DNA from: an uncultured Methanomassiliicoccales archaeon
GTDB lineage: Archaea > Thermoplasmatota > Thermoplasmata > Methanomassiliicoccales > UBA472
Reading direction: 5' to 3'
Assembly: GCA_963695345.1 (NCBI GenBank)
Contig: OY968769.1
Span: forward strand, 2,464,001-2,528,000
DNA: 64,000 nt
The notes beneath the pieces were generated by a model, which saw only the letters and a list, made by a program, of their open reading frames with translations, was not told where the DNA came from and ran no database searches. Positions 46,992-56,077 of this stretch are shown piece after piece; position 1 is the first letter of the stretch, and every line of letters starts with the position of its first letter. A program made the translations under genes and the position numbers.

Positions 46992-47441
46992 ATGATAGGT
47001 CATCGTTGCGTACGGGTCTTGATAGTCGAGGATAAGAAAGCCGATGCACGACTGGTCCAAGCCTTGTTGGAAGAAACCGGTGTGCCAGCGACGATCACGT
47101 TTGTTGAAGACGGGGAAAAGGCGATCGAGTTCATGGAAGATGCCGCAAATGGAGACATTCCAGCGCCAGACCTTGTGCTGCTGGACATCAACCTACCTAA
47201 ATTGAACGGACATGAGGTCCTTACCCGCATTAGAGAGCATGCCCGAATTGCCCACACCTTCATCGCCATGTGTTCGGGTTCGAGTTCATGCGAAGACATC
47301 CGGCGCTCACGAAGCAATGGCGCGGATGCCTATCTTCTCAAGCCCACCGGAATGGAAGAAATGGACGAGATAGTGAACCGTTTGAGGGAGATCCTCACCT
47401 CGATCGATGGAACGGAACGCTTGATCTCTCTCCAGCACTAG
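46992..47441 (+). CDS. Stand-alone response regulator (Rcp1-like receiver)
   Basis: VLIVED, PDLVLLDINLPKLNGHEVL, AYLLKP. Confidence 0.88.
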   Translation: MIGHRCVRVLIVEDKKADARLVQALLEETGVPATITFVEDGEKAIEFMEDAANGDIPAPDLVLLDINLPKLNGHEVLTRIREHARIAHTFIAMCSGSSSCEDIRRSRSNGADAYLLKPTGMEEMDEIVNRLREILTSIDGTERLISLQH

Positions 47442-47496
47442 CGACCTCTTCCGACGCCTATCGATGGTCCTGACCCGAACCGTCGACGAAGGCCGT

Positions 47497-50112
47497 TTAC
47501 CTTGCCCCTTCTCCTGCCGTATTCCCTTTTAGCTTGGTCTCCAGTTTTGTTACTTCAATGTTCGCCATCACGCCGTCGATCTTCGTCGAAAGGTCGTTCA
47601 TGGTGAATGGCTTCTGCAACACATCAGCAAACCCATATTCCCGAGGGTGGGCCATTATCGGATCGTTCGAATATCCGCTGGAAACGATAACCCGGGCATC
47701 CGGGTCCATGGACCTGATCTCATGGATCGCCTCCTTCCCGCCCATACCCCCGCGTATGGTCAGGTCCATGATGACCGCGTCGAACGGCCGTCCTTCCGAT
47801 AGACGCCTCCGATAGGCCTTTATCGCCTCTTCTCCGGTCTTCGCGCATTCGACCAGATAGCCAAAGCTTTCCAGCATGGTCTGCAGAACGTCGAGGATCG
47901 ATTCCTCGTCATCCATCACCAGGATGCTCCCTTGTCTTTTCATATCGACCCTCAGTATTTCGATGGAAGGTTGGGCATCGTCCTCCGTTGCCGGCAGGAC
48001 AATGGAGAATTTGGTTCCTGCCCCGACCCTTGAATCGACCGTCACTATCCCCCCATGGTTCCTTACGATGGACCTGACGGTGGATAGTCCCAGACCGGTC
48101 CCTGTCGCCTTGGTGGTGAAGAAGGGATCAAAGATCTTGTCCATATGGTCCGGATGGATTCCTCCGCCCTCGTCCTTGATCTCTATCACGATATGGGAGC
48201 GATTCCCATCCTCCGAATGAAGGATGTCCGAATCAAAGTTCCTCATCTCGATGAAAAGGTTGCCGCCGCGGGGCATGGCCTGCATCGCGTTGATGACGAG
48301 ATTGTTAATGACCTGTTCTATCTGGATGGGATCCGCCGATATCATGTGCAGCCCGCTGTCTATGTCATAGACGGGGACGAACTGGGAACCGGCAAGCACG
48401 AATTCGACGGTTGAGGGGACCAGGGCCTTGAGGTCGACCACTTCTTTGATCGGCTGCCCTCCTTTGGAGTAGGTCAGCAGCTGCTGTGTCAGGTTCCTCG
48501 CCCTCATGGCTGAACTGACCGCCTCTTGCAGGCGGAGAACATACTTCGCGTCCTCCGGATGCTCAAGCATGGCGATCTCGGTGTTGCTGACGATGGAGGC
48601 CAACATGTTGTTGAAATCATGCGCGATCCCTCCAGCCAGGACTCCCAGGGATTCGAGCTTCTGATTCCTGGCCATCTCCTGCTCGAGCCGCTGGCGCTCG
48701 GTGATGTCGATGCCCACGGCCTGGACCTCCTGTAGCGAGCCCGCGCCGTCGTAGATGCCCTTCGCTCTCCAAAGAATGTTCTGGGTTCGCCCGTCCGGCC
48801 TCGAAATGACGTGCTCGTACTCTCCGACCGGGTTCCCCGGCGTCATTGCGGATATGAACTTGTTCAATCCCCGGGAATCCCAGAAGGTTGGAAACTGATA
48901 GACGTTCAGCTCGCTAAGCGGGATCCCTATCTTGGCGAGGTATTGCTCGACGACCCGATTGGCGAAGGTGACCTTGCCGTCCGGACGGAAGGAGACAATG
49001 GCCTCGGTCTGGTTGTCGACCACCATCCGGTACTTGCGCTCGCTCTCAGCCAGCTTCTCCTGGGCCTCAGCCTTCCTCATGAGCTCCTCTATCTTTTTGC
49101 GCTCGGTAAGCTCGTGCAGGACCACCAGGTTTCCCAGGCTCGCGGTGTAGCCGATCTTGTATTCCTTGATGTTCACCTCAAAGCTCCGTCCATGCGGATC
49201 GGTGACCTCCCGGGGGAGGTCCCTGATATCGGTCGGATAAGGAAGGCCCTTGAAGTACGGGATCGTTGCGAAAACATCGGGGAAAGGCTTCCCGATGACC
49301 TCCTTGGCCTGGTCTCCCAGATATTCTTTGCAGGCTTGATTGAGGACCATCACCCGGCCGCGGGAATCGATGGTGATTATATTGTCCTGGATCACGTCCA
49401 GCATCTTCTCCTTGCTGGCCGGCGCAAGGTCGAAGACTCCGAATTTGAAAGAGTAAAGGTAGATGGCGGCCACCGATATGGCATAGGCGAGATTGTCCGG
49501 ATCGACCGCGTTAAGGTCCTGATAGAAGTAAGAGGCGAATATGAAGGAATGGATCAGCACCACGCCTCCCAGGAAAGTGAACGCCAAGCCCTTGGAGCCA
49601 TCCCAGTAAACATATAGGAAAAGGTAGAAGGCGAAAACAGTTCCAACGATATCGAAATATGCGATCCAGAGGAAACCGATGATCGACTGGTTGACGATCA
49701 ATATGGGGCCTGACATCGATTGGCTGAAGGTAAGCGCCTGAGAGCTTGTGAACAGGTGGAACCACGGATCGGTGAGGATGGCGAACGTGGCCAGTGCCGG
49801 AACCGTTAGCAACGGGAAGAAAACTTTCTCCTTGAAGGGATCGTATCGCTGGGTTATCTCCAACACCATGAACAGGAAACAAGTGAAGATGACGATGAAG
49901 AGCAATGAAGAAACATAGTAGAGATTGCTCTTTTCCTCGAGCGTGTCAGAGTAGAGCTGGATGATCTCAACCAGGCAAGCCACCGAGGTCAAAGGGAGCA
50001 TGACGAGACCGGCCTTGATCATCAAAGGGCGGCGACCCATGATGATGCTGAAGATCCACATGTTGAGGAACAATAAAATGGACAGGGCGGCTAGAAAGAC
50101 CTCGAAGAGCAT
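47497..50112 (-). CDS. Hybrid kinase: 7TM sensor-PASx2-HisKA-HATPase-REC
   Basis: N-terminal TMs, LAGGIAHDFNN, GTGLGL, ILVMDDE..MDLTIRGG..KPF. Confidence 0.92.
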   Translation of the reverse strand: MLFEVFLAALSILLFLNMWIFSIIMGRRPLMIKAGLVMLPLTSVACLVEIIQLYSDTLEEKSNLYYVSSLLFIVIFTCFLFMVLEITQRYDPFKEKVFFPLLTVPALATFAILTDPWFHLFTSSQALTFSQSMSGPILIVNQSIIGFLWIAYFDIVGTVFAFYLFLYVYWDGSKGLAFTFLGGVVLIHSFIFASYFYQDLNAVDPDNLAYAISVAAIYLYSFKFGVFDLAPASKEKMLDVIQDNIITIDSRGRVMVLNQACKEYLGDQAKEVIGKPFPDVFATIPYFKGLPYPTDIRDLPREVTDPHGRSFEVNIKEYKIGYTASLGNLVVLHELTERKKIEELMRKAEAQEKLAESERKYRMVVDNQTEAIVSFRPDGKVTFANRVVEQYLAKIGIPLSELNVYQFPTFWDSRGLNKFISAMTPGNPVGEYEHVISRPDGRTQNILWRAKGIYDGAGSLQEVQAVGIDITERQRLEQEMARNQKLESLGVLAGGIAHDFNNMLASIVSNTEIAMLEHPEDAKYVLRLQEAVSSAMRARNLTQQLLTYSKGGQPIKEVVDLKALVPSTVEFVLAGSQFVPVYDIDSGLHMISADPIQIEQVINNLVINAMQAMPRGGNLFIEMRNFDSDILHSEDGNRSHIVIEIKDEGGGIHPDHMDKIFDPFFTTKATGTGLGLSTVRSIVRNHGGIVTVDSRVGAGTKFSIVLPATEDDAQPSIEILRVDMKRQGSILVMDDEESILDVLQTMLESFGYLVECAKTGEEAIKAYRRRLSEGRPFDAVIMDLTIRGGMGGKEAIHEIRSMDPDARVIVSSGYSNDPIMAHPREYGFADVLQKPFTMNDLSTKIDGVMANIEVTKLETKLKGNTAGEGAR

Positions 50113-50332
50113 TATGACCTACCAGATGGACAACGCCGTAGTCCATTAGACACGTTATAAACGTTTCCACTTTGATACCACATTGAGGAGCATGAAGACG
50201 ATGGATCGATCAAGGTCCAGGAATTGCGATGAACAGCGTCTGCCCTCTTCATGAATCGAACCTCCTATCTTCCCCGCCCTTCGCGTATTTCACCGGTCGC
50301 TTCCAGAAAGGCGCCCACCGATCCGGCACCGA

Positions 50333-50600
50333 TCACAGGCCGAGGGCCACACCGGCCAGGATCGACAGAACACCGGCCGATATCAGTCCGACCACGTACT
50401 GCCTCTTGAACATGCTGGTCAACTGGTCATCCAAGTAGGCATTGGCATTCTTGAGGTTGTTCACCGATGCCTGAGCCCCGTTCTCCATGGTGGAGAAGAT
50501 CGTCTTGACCCCATTTGCCAGGTCTTCCAGGTCGTCCATGGAGTCATTGATGCCGTTCTTGAAGGTGGTATCCACATAGTTCCTTATCTGGATGATCTCC
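50333..50600 (-). pseudogene. 3' fragment of a helical, C-terminally membrane-anchored protein (or a short GTG-start gene)
   Basis: Protein-like ORF ending in a TM (VVGLISAGVLSILAGVALGL). The reading frame extends upstream to a stop located inside a hairpin. Confidence 0.45.
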
Positions 50601-50608
50601 GGGGGATG

Positions 50609-50630
50609 CCGCCTTCAGAAACGAAGGCGG
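50609..50630. terminator. Perfect 8-bp hairpin downstream of cheC
   Basis: CCGCCTTC-AGAAAC-GAAGGCGG. Confidence 0.45.
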
Positions 50631-50688
50631 ATCCAGGCGATCTGGGACACAACCACATCCGCTTTGCCCATTTCGCCTTGACGGCGGA

Positions 50689-51315
50689 TTACTCGATCTC
50701 GAACTTCTCCATCAACAGTTTCTCGGTATCGCGGTCCGGAATGTAGATGAAATATGCAGGGAATCTTTGCTTTTCCGTTATGAAGTGGGTCTTGATGATG
50801 ACCAGATTCTCATAGTCCTCCGACGCCATCAAAGCCGGGTATTCCATCACCGCGCTGAGCATCCCGACGGCGATTCCGGGAGGGGTGGGAAGTATGGTTA
50901 TCCCGAGGAAACCCGAGATGGCGTTCAGGTATGCTGACGCGCATATGTTGCCGATCTCTGCTATCGCCTCGCGGTCCTCCTCGTTGAACGCCCGGGACTC
51001 GTCATGGTTCTGGGAGAACAGCATGTCGGTCATCTGCATGGCCACCTTCTCCGTGAGGATCAGAAGCATGCTCCCCTTGTCTTTTCCATTCGCTCCAAGG
51101 TAGACAGCGACTACGGGTTGTTCCGGCTCTCCCAGGACGTACGGTGCCTCCAAGGTCTTGCAGACAAAGCATTCCGGTACATCGACCAGGATGTCCTGGT
51201 GCAGCATCGTCGTCAGCGCTGTCGAGGCGTGCGAGGCCCCGATGTTACCGATCTCGCGTAGAGCGTCGATCTGGTCGGCTGTGTATGTTGATTTTCTGTT
51301 GGTTGTGTTTTCCAT
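50689..51315 (-). CDS. cheC: CheC-family receiver phosphatase
   Basis: Two catalytic motifs, DALREIGNIGASHA and EAIAEIGNICASAY, plus PTPP. Confidence 0.9.
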   Translation of the reverse strand: MENTTNRKSTYTADQIDALREIGNIGASHASTALTTMLHQDILVDVPECFVCKTLEAPYVLGEPEQPVVAVYLGANGKDKGSMLLILTEKVAMQMTDMLFSQNHDESRAFNEEDREAIAEIGNICASAYLNAISGFLGITILPTPPGIAVGMLSAVMEYPALMASEDYENLVIIKTHFITEKQRFPAYFIYIPDRDTEKLLMEKFEIE

Positions 51316-51438
51316 CTCTAATCCGCCCTTTTCATCCAGACCTTCTGTGACATGAATCCACTGAATCGACGCCGACATCTAGAAGGCCAGGTCCAGGGCC
51401 GTAAATGCCGGGAAGGAAGGGGTTTAGATCGACTATGA

Positions 51439-51810
51439 TCATACCGTCTGTTTGGATATCTCCATGAACTCGGACATCTCGATATCGAATGTGGTGTTCT
51501 TGGAGGTTCCATCGATCATCTCTATGTTGGCCCTGATCTTGTTCCTCTCGAACACGATCTGCGCATTCTTAACGTTCGATTTGTACAGGCTGATCCTCTT
51601 TCCCGCCTGGGTAAGTCTCCTTTCCACACAGTTGATAAGTCCGCAATCCTCCAGGATCTTGATCTTGCGGTAACAGGCGGCTATCGGCACACCGAGCTTG
51701 TCGCTCAATTCGAATGCCGTTTTCGGTTTCCCCATGGTGGCGAGAAGTATCTTCGCGGAGTACTCCTCGGTCAGTATCCTCGATGTTTCGAGTGCGTGCA
51801 TTTCCGACAC
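51439..51810 (-). CDS. Archaeal winged-helix (ArsR-like) transcription regulator
   Basis: EEYSAKIL..PKTAFELSDKLGVPIAACYRKIKILEDCGLI..GKR..LYKS. Confidence 0.85.
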   Translation of the reverse strand: MSEMHALETSRILTEEYSAKILLATMGKPKTAFELSDKLGVPIAACYRKIKILEDCGLINCVERRLTQAGKRISLYKSNVKNAQIVFERNKIRANIEMIDGTSKNTTFDIEMSEFMEISKQTV

Positions 51811-52029
51811 CTTGAGAATGAACGCAACTTTTTGGTATATAATCCGGATTAGTCGCCTACTGTTTTTGATATTGAAAAGAACATGGGTGCCAGATCATAC
51901 AATTATCGATAAAATCATTCATTTCTGGATTTGGAACTAGTCGTTCTTGCATCAGCGAACAAGCCTCTCAAGGTAGCATAAACTCATAAAAGCGAATACA
52001 TTGAACGCAATTGACAGACCATTCCTCGA

Positions 52030-53346
52030 TCAGCTCGTGATCGCCCCTGCGCTCCTACGAAATCGGACAATTGCCACCACGATCATCATTTGACGATCGG
52101 GGTTATGTCGATATTGAACATCTCTGCTCCAGTCCTCGTTGCCGAGGCATCCGCCCGAGCATATCCCCGCATAAGGGCAATCGCAGGACGGCCTTCTCCG
52201 AAGCGCGACCATGTCCTTCGAGTGCCAAAGGTCCAGAATCCTTTGGTCCTTGATATTGCCGATCGTCTGGTCCAGATTACCGCACGCCCTTACCTCCCCA
52301 TCGGCGCTGATGTACATCAGCGACCTTCCAGCAGGGCATCCGTAGATGGTGGCATCGCAGCAGACCGGACCGTAGGGCGGGAACCCTCCCCCTTCGATGT
52401 TCAGACCGTCCGGGCCGCTCTCCCGGAAGACCCGTATCCTGTCTGACATTTCCACCTTGTCCTCCCTGTCCCATTGGTCCAGTTTGCTGCCTCTGCCTTT
52501 GGAGAACAGAACAAGAAAGCGCAGGGAAGGTACATCCAGGCTACTTGCCAGTCGGATCATGTCATCCATCTGATGCACGTTGGCATCCATGACGGTGCAG
52601 GAGATGTTCAGGGAGCCGACCCCATGCTTCCTCAGCAGCCTGACGGCCTCGCAAGCCCTGGAAAAGGCCCCTGACCTGCCAACGATGGCATCGTGGGTAC
52701 TTTCGTTCGCCCCATGGATGCTTACCTGAACCGAGTCGAATAGGATCGCCATCTTCTCAGCCAGGGCGTCATCCACCAACAGACCATTTGTGCTCGTGGA
52801 AAGGGTCCTGATCCCCGACATCCTGGCCAAGGTGGCTAGCTCGATGAAGGAGGGATTGCAGGTGGGCTCGCCGCCCATGAACGACATTTCCGGAATCCTG
52901 AGCTCACCAGCCTGTTGTATGATATCCACATAGTCCTGTAAGGAGAGGCCGCTCTCGGCGGATGCTGGAGATGCTTCCCTCGAGCAATGGATGCAACGCA
53001 GATTGCATTTCTTGGTGATGTCCAACTCAATCTTCAGGGGCATCTGGAAAAACCATGTGGTCTCCATATCCCGGTATGATTCCGCATATCTTCGGTCTAT
53101 GTCGGGGACTATCAGTCTCCTAGAGGCGTCTGGCCCATATCCGATGAGGCCGTACCGATAATATTGTTCAAGCTCCTCTGCGTCTTGGTCGGACCGGGAT
53201 ATCTCCCAGAAGCTCTTTCCCGGGACCGATTTGAGAAGATCGACCGAATCCACCACATACTGTCCCCGATCGTTCTCGATGACATATCCGGCATTCATGG
53301 GGTAAACAAACAGATCATCCGTCAAATAGAGGGGCGCACCCTTCAT
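52030..53346 (-). CDS. Radical SAM enzyme with SPASM domain and RRE-like N-terminus (peptide maturase); start may extend to 53427
   Basis: CNLRCIHC, MGGEP, STNG, VQVSIHG; SPASM CPAG..ISADGEVRAC..IGNI..CDCPYAGICSGGC. Confidence 0.9.
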   Translation of the reverse strand: MKGAPLYLTDDLFVYPMNAGYVIENDRGQYVVDSVDLLKSVPGKSFWEISRSDQDAEELEQYYRYGLIGYGPDASRRLIVPDIDRRYAESYRDMETTWFFQMPLKIELDITKKCNLRCIHCSREASPASAESGLSLQDYVDIIQQAGELRIPEMSFMGGEPTCNPSFIELATLARMSGIRTLSTSTNGLLVDDALAEKMAILFDSVQVSIHGANESTHDAIVGRSGAFSRACEAVRLLRKHGVGSLNISCTVMDANVHQMDDMIRLASSLDVPSLRFLVLFSKGRGSKLDQWDREDKVEMSDRIRVFRESGPDGLNIEGGGFPPYGPVCCDATIYGCPAGRSLMYISADGEVRACGNLDQTIGNIKDQRILDLWHSKDMVALRRRPSCDCPYAGICSGGCLGNEDWSRDVQYRHNPDRQMMIVVAIVRFRRSAGAITS

Positions 53347-53482
53347 TGAGATCTCCTTTCCTTCGCCGGTATGGGAGATCTCGGGTATCGAACAGGGGAG
53401 ATACTGCTCATTCTTGAATTGCATCATGATTCAACCTGCTGGCGATGTCGATTATAGAGGACTGCCAAACAACCGTTCCAGA

Positions 53483-53791
53483 CTATTTCCTTATCTGAAC
53501 CCCTTTTGACTTGAAGTATTCCGCAACAGAATCCTTGTTCATGCTGATGTACTCGGATACCAGATCCTGACGGTCATTGATCTTGATCGAGAAGTCGTCA
53601 CCGGCACACCCGAATCGATCCATCTCGGCCGGGCATTTTCCTTCTCTGCAACAACCCTTGTCTTTGCAGCACCCCTGGTCCCCGACGCAACCGCAATCAT
53701 CGGCCCCCACCGGACCGATCCCCGCTCCTATCTTTTTCGTCGCCCTGACCTTTGTCGACGATCTGATGGCTTCTGTGGCAGTTCTTGGCAT
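53483..53791 (-). CDS. Cys-rich 102-aa peptide, candidate RiPP precursor
   Basis: Lies directly upstream of the rSAM/SPASM gene on the same strand; core DDCGCVGDQGCCKDKGCCREGKC..GC with 8 Cys. Confidence 0.75.
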   Translation of the reverse strand: MPRTATEAIRSSTKVRATKKIGAGIGPVGADDCGCVGDQGCCKDKGCCREGKCPAEMDRFGCAGDDFSIKINDRQDLVSEYISMNKDSVAEYFKSKGVQIRK

Positions 53792-53813
53792 GATTATAAG
53801 TCTGAATCCACGA

Positions 53814-53821
53814 TATTTATA
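53814..53821 (-). promoter_or_regulatory. TATA box (TATAAATA) about 23-30 nt upstream of the precursor ATG, implying a leaderless mRNA
   Basis: Plus-strand TATTTATA at 53814-53821 within an AT-rich intergenic region. Confidence 0.5.
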
Positions 53822-53997
53822 CATATTCATGGTTAGGCAATAATCTACCCAATTTGGATTACGAATGCCACTAAAATATTAAAGAAGATTTCATCATAAA
53901 CAAGTTATTCTTCTTCTATTGATGTATAGTGAAAATTGATTTCCCAATCATATCGGCCTTGTTTGTCATCAATTCCTGACTACATCAATCTCGTACC

Positions 53998-54492
53998 CTA
54001 TGGCAGGTTATTTAGAAGTGCTCTCTCCACCCGAACGGCAGCCGCCTCCACCTCGGGGGTCAGTCCCTCGCCGAAGTCCACGTTCTTCGGTTCGATCAGC
54101 AACAAGGCGATCCTTGCTCCGGTCAATGTGCTTACGTAATCGCAGAAGACCCTGAGGGGAAGGGTATGAGTGGAGATCGATGGGACATTGACCACCTCCT
54201 CAGCCTCGTACAGATGGGCGGTGCCTGGCTCAAGTCCGAGCAATGCCGCGTCAACGAGGAGCACATGGGAGGGGCTGATCGCCACGATCTCGTCAACGAA
54301 GCTCTCCGGTACTGTCTCGCATTCGATCAGGTGGACCGATCCCGAGACCTTGTCCTGGAGATCCTCCACGATCCTCACCCCGACGTAATCATCGGAGCGG
54401 ATCGAGTTGCCTATACCGGCCACCACGACACTGGTCGCGCCGTTTAGCCAGTCCCTCAGTTCTTCCTTCATTTCCTGGGTGTGCTGGTTCAA
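53998..54492 (-). CDS. hycI: Hydrogenase maturation endopeptidase (HycI type)
   Basis: VAGIGNSIRSDDYVG, ETVPESF, LVDAA, STHTLPL, FGEGLTPEV; GGAGG before the TTG start. Confidence 0.92.
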   Translation of the reverse strand: MNQHTQEMKEELRDWLNGATSVVVAGIGNSIRSDDYVGVRIVEDLQDKVSGSVHLIECETVPESFVDEIVAISPSHVLLVDAALLGLEPGTAHLYEAEEVVNVPSISTHTLPLRVFCDYVSTLTGARIALLLIEPKNVDFGEGLTPEVEAAAVRVERALLNNLP

Positions 54493-54575
54493 TTCAGGAC
54501 CTCCTGGTTGATTCGCTCGTGGTCGCGGAGAGTCCGGTGCTGGACGATTTACGCGCGCTGGCGGCAGACGCGTTG

Positions 54576-54925
54576 TTAGCCTCGTCCATGGAACACCAGT
54601 GTGCCATGCACCGGCTTGCCCAACGCTTCGAAAGCGACGTGTCGGCCTGCGCCAGAGGTGTGGCCGATCACCGCGGCGTTCAGTCGGCGCGGAAGGCCAT
54701 CTCCACCTTGTTCAGCGCCTCGTTGATCCCTTCCATCCCACCTTTGGGTAAGGGACTTTGGAATAGGGCCGCCTCGGACCTTTCGGCGATGTGCTCCTGG
54801 CAAGACGGCCGATCTGGAGAACTATTTCCGGAGGGGTCGACCACCCGGCGTCGCTGTCGTAGAGTTGACCAGTTCTTCGCACCACCGCTCCCGGTCCAGG
54901 TTCGCATGTAGTGGAGGTCGCTAGC
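54576..54925 (-). pseudogene. Degenerate, rearranged relic of an mvhA-type hydrogenase gene
   Basis: Fragments RVVDPSG, EHIAERSE, LNKVEMAFRA, RLNAA and LGKPVHGTLVFH match mvhA at 4932-6386. The 26 nt at 54690-54715 are identical to 5044-5069. Confidence 0.8.
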
Positions 54926-55147
54926 GTAGCCCCCGGGCCGCCTTTCGGGTCGCCTTAATGGATGTGGTTATTTAATCGATGCGTCCGACTCTTCGTATGT
55001 GGCTGAACGCGAATGCTTGGACGAACCGCCCTGGACAGCAACGAGAACCATGACCTGTCTTACACCTGCAGATGTGCAGAAAGAAATGAGGACCATGGAC
55101 GAGCCAGCAAGAATATCTTAATATGGCATCACCCAATAGCTATTTTA

Positions 55148-56077
55148 ATGGACTACGACCTGGTCATCATCGGGGGCGGGCCAGCCGGTCTTACGGCGGG
55201 CATCTGCGCGGTGCAAAGCAGGATCCGTACCGTCATCATCGAAGCCGCCGAGGCCGGAGGACAGCCAGGCGTTCTCTATCCGGAGAAGGAGATCCACAAC
55301 TTCCCCACCTCCCAGGCGGTGACCGGCAGGGACATTTCGCGGAGTTTCGTGGAGCACGCCCTGAACAAGGGCTGCATCATCAAAGAGAACGAGACGGCCG
55401 AGGACATTCTCGACATTCCCGACGGCTTCCGGGTCGTAACGACCAAGGGATCGTACACCACCACCGCGGTCATCGTCGCCATAGGCAACGGGTTCTTCAT
55501 TCCCAAGAAACTGGACATACCGGGAGCCGCTGAGCTCGAGGGCAGGGGGGTTTACTACATGATGCCCCCAAAGAAGGAATTCCTCGGGAAAAAGGTCATG
55601 TTCATCGGAGGGGGCAACTCCGCGCTCGAGATGGCCCTGATGGTCCATGAGATCGCCGAAACATGCATTGTGCACCGGGGCGGAACGTTCCGGGCCGACC
55701 ATTGCTTCATCGAGAGGGTGGAGGAATCCCATATCCGGACACGCATGAACGCCCAGCTCCTGAGGATCGAAGGGGATGGCAAGGTGGAGAGGGTCGTGCT
55801 GAGGGTCGGGGATGCGGAGGAGGAGGTCCCGGTGGACATGGTGGTCATCAAGGTCGGCATGACCCCGGAACCGGAACACCTGAAGCGTTGGAACCTGGAC
55901 CTGGAGGGAGAAGGAATCCGGGTCAGTCAGCAGATGATGACCTCCCGGAAGGGCGTGTTCGCGGCCGGGGACGCCGTCACCTATCCAGGCAAATACCGGC
56001 AGATAGTCACAAGCTGCAGCGAGGGGGCGACCGCCGCCAACTCCGCGATCAAATACGTCAAGAAGATCACCGTCTAG
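55148..56077 (+). CDS. TrxR-fold NAD(P)/FAD oxidoreductase lacking CxxC (YumC-type ferredoxin-NADP+ reductase-like)
   Basis: IIGGGPAG, GGQ..LYPEK.I, GGGNSA, HR..FRA, GVFAAGD; RGVYYMMP in place of the CxxC. Confidence 0.85.
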   Translation: MDYDLVIIGGGPAGLTAGICAVQSRIRTVIIEAAEAGGQPGVLYPEKEIHNFPTSQAVTGRDISRSFVEHALNKGCIIKENETAEDILDIPDGFRVVTTKGSYTTTAVIVAIGNGFFIPKKLDIPGAAELEGRGVYYMMPPKKEFLGKKVMFIGGGNSALEMALMVHEIAETCIVHRGGTFRADHCFIERVEESHIRTRMNAQLLRIEGDGKVERVVLRVGDAEEEVPVDMVVIKVGMTPEPEHLKRWNLDLEGEGIRVSQQMMTSRKGVFAAGDAVTYPGKYRQIVTSCSEGATAANSAIKYVKKITV

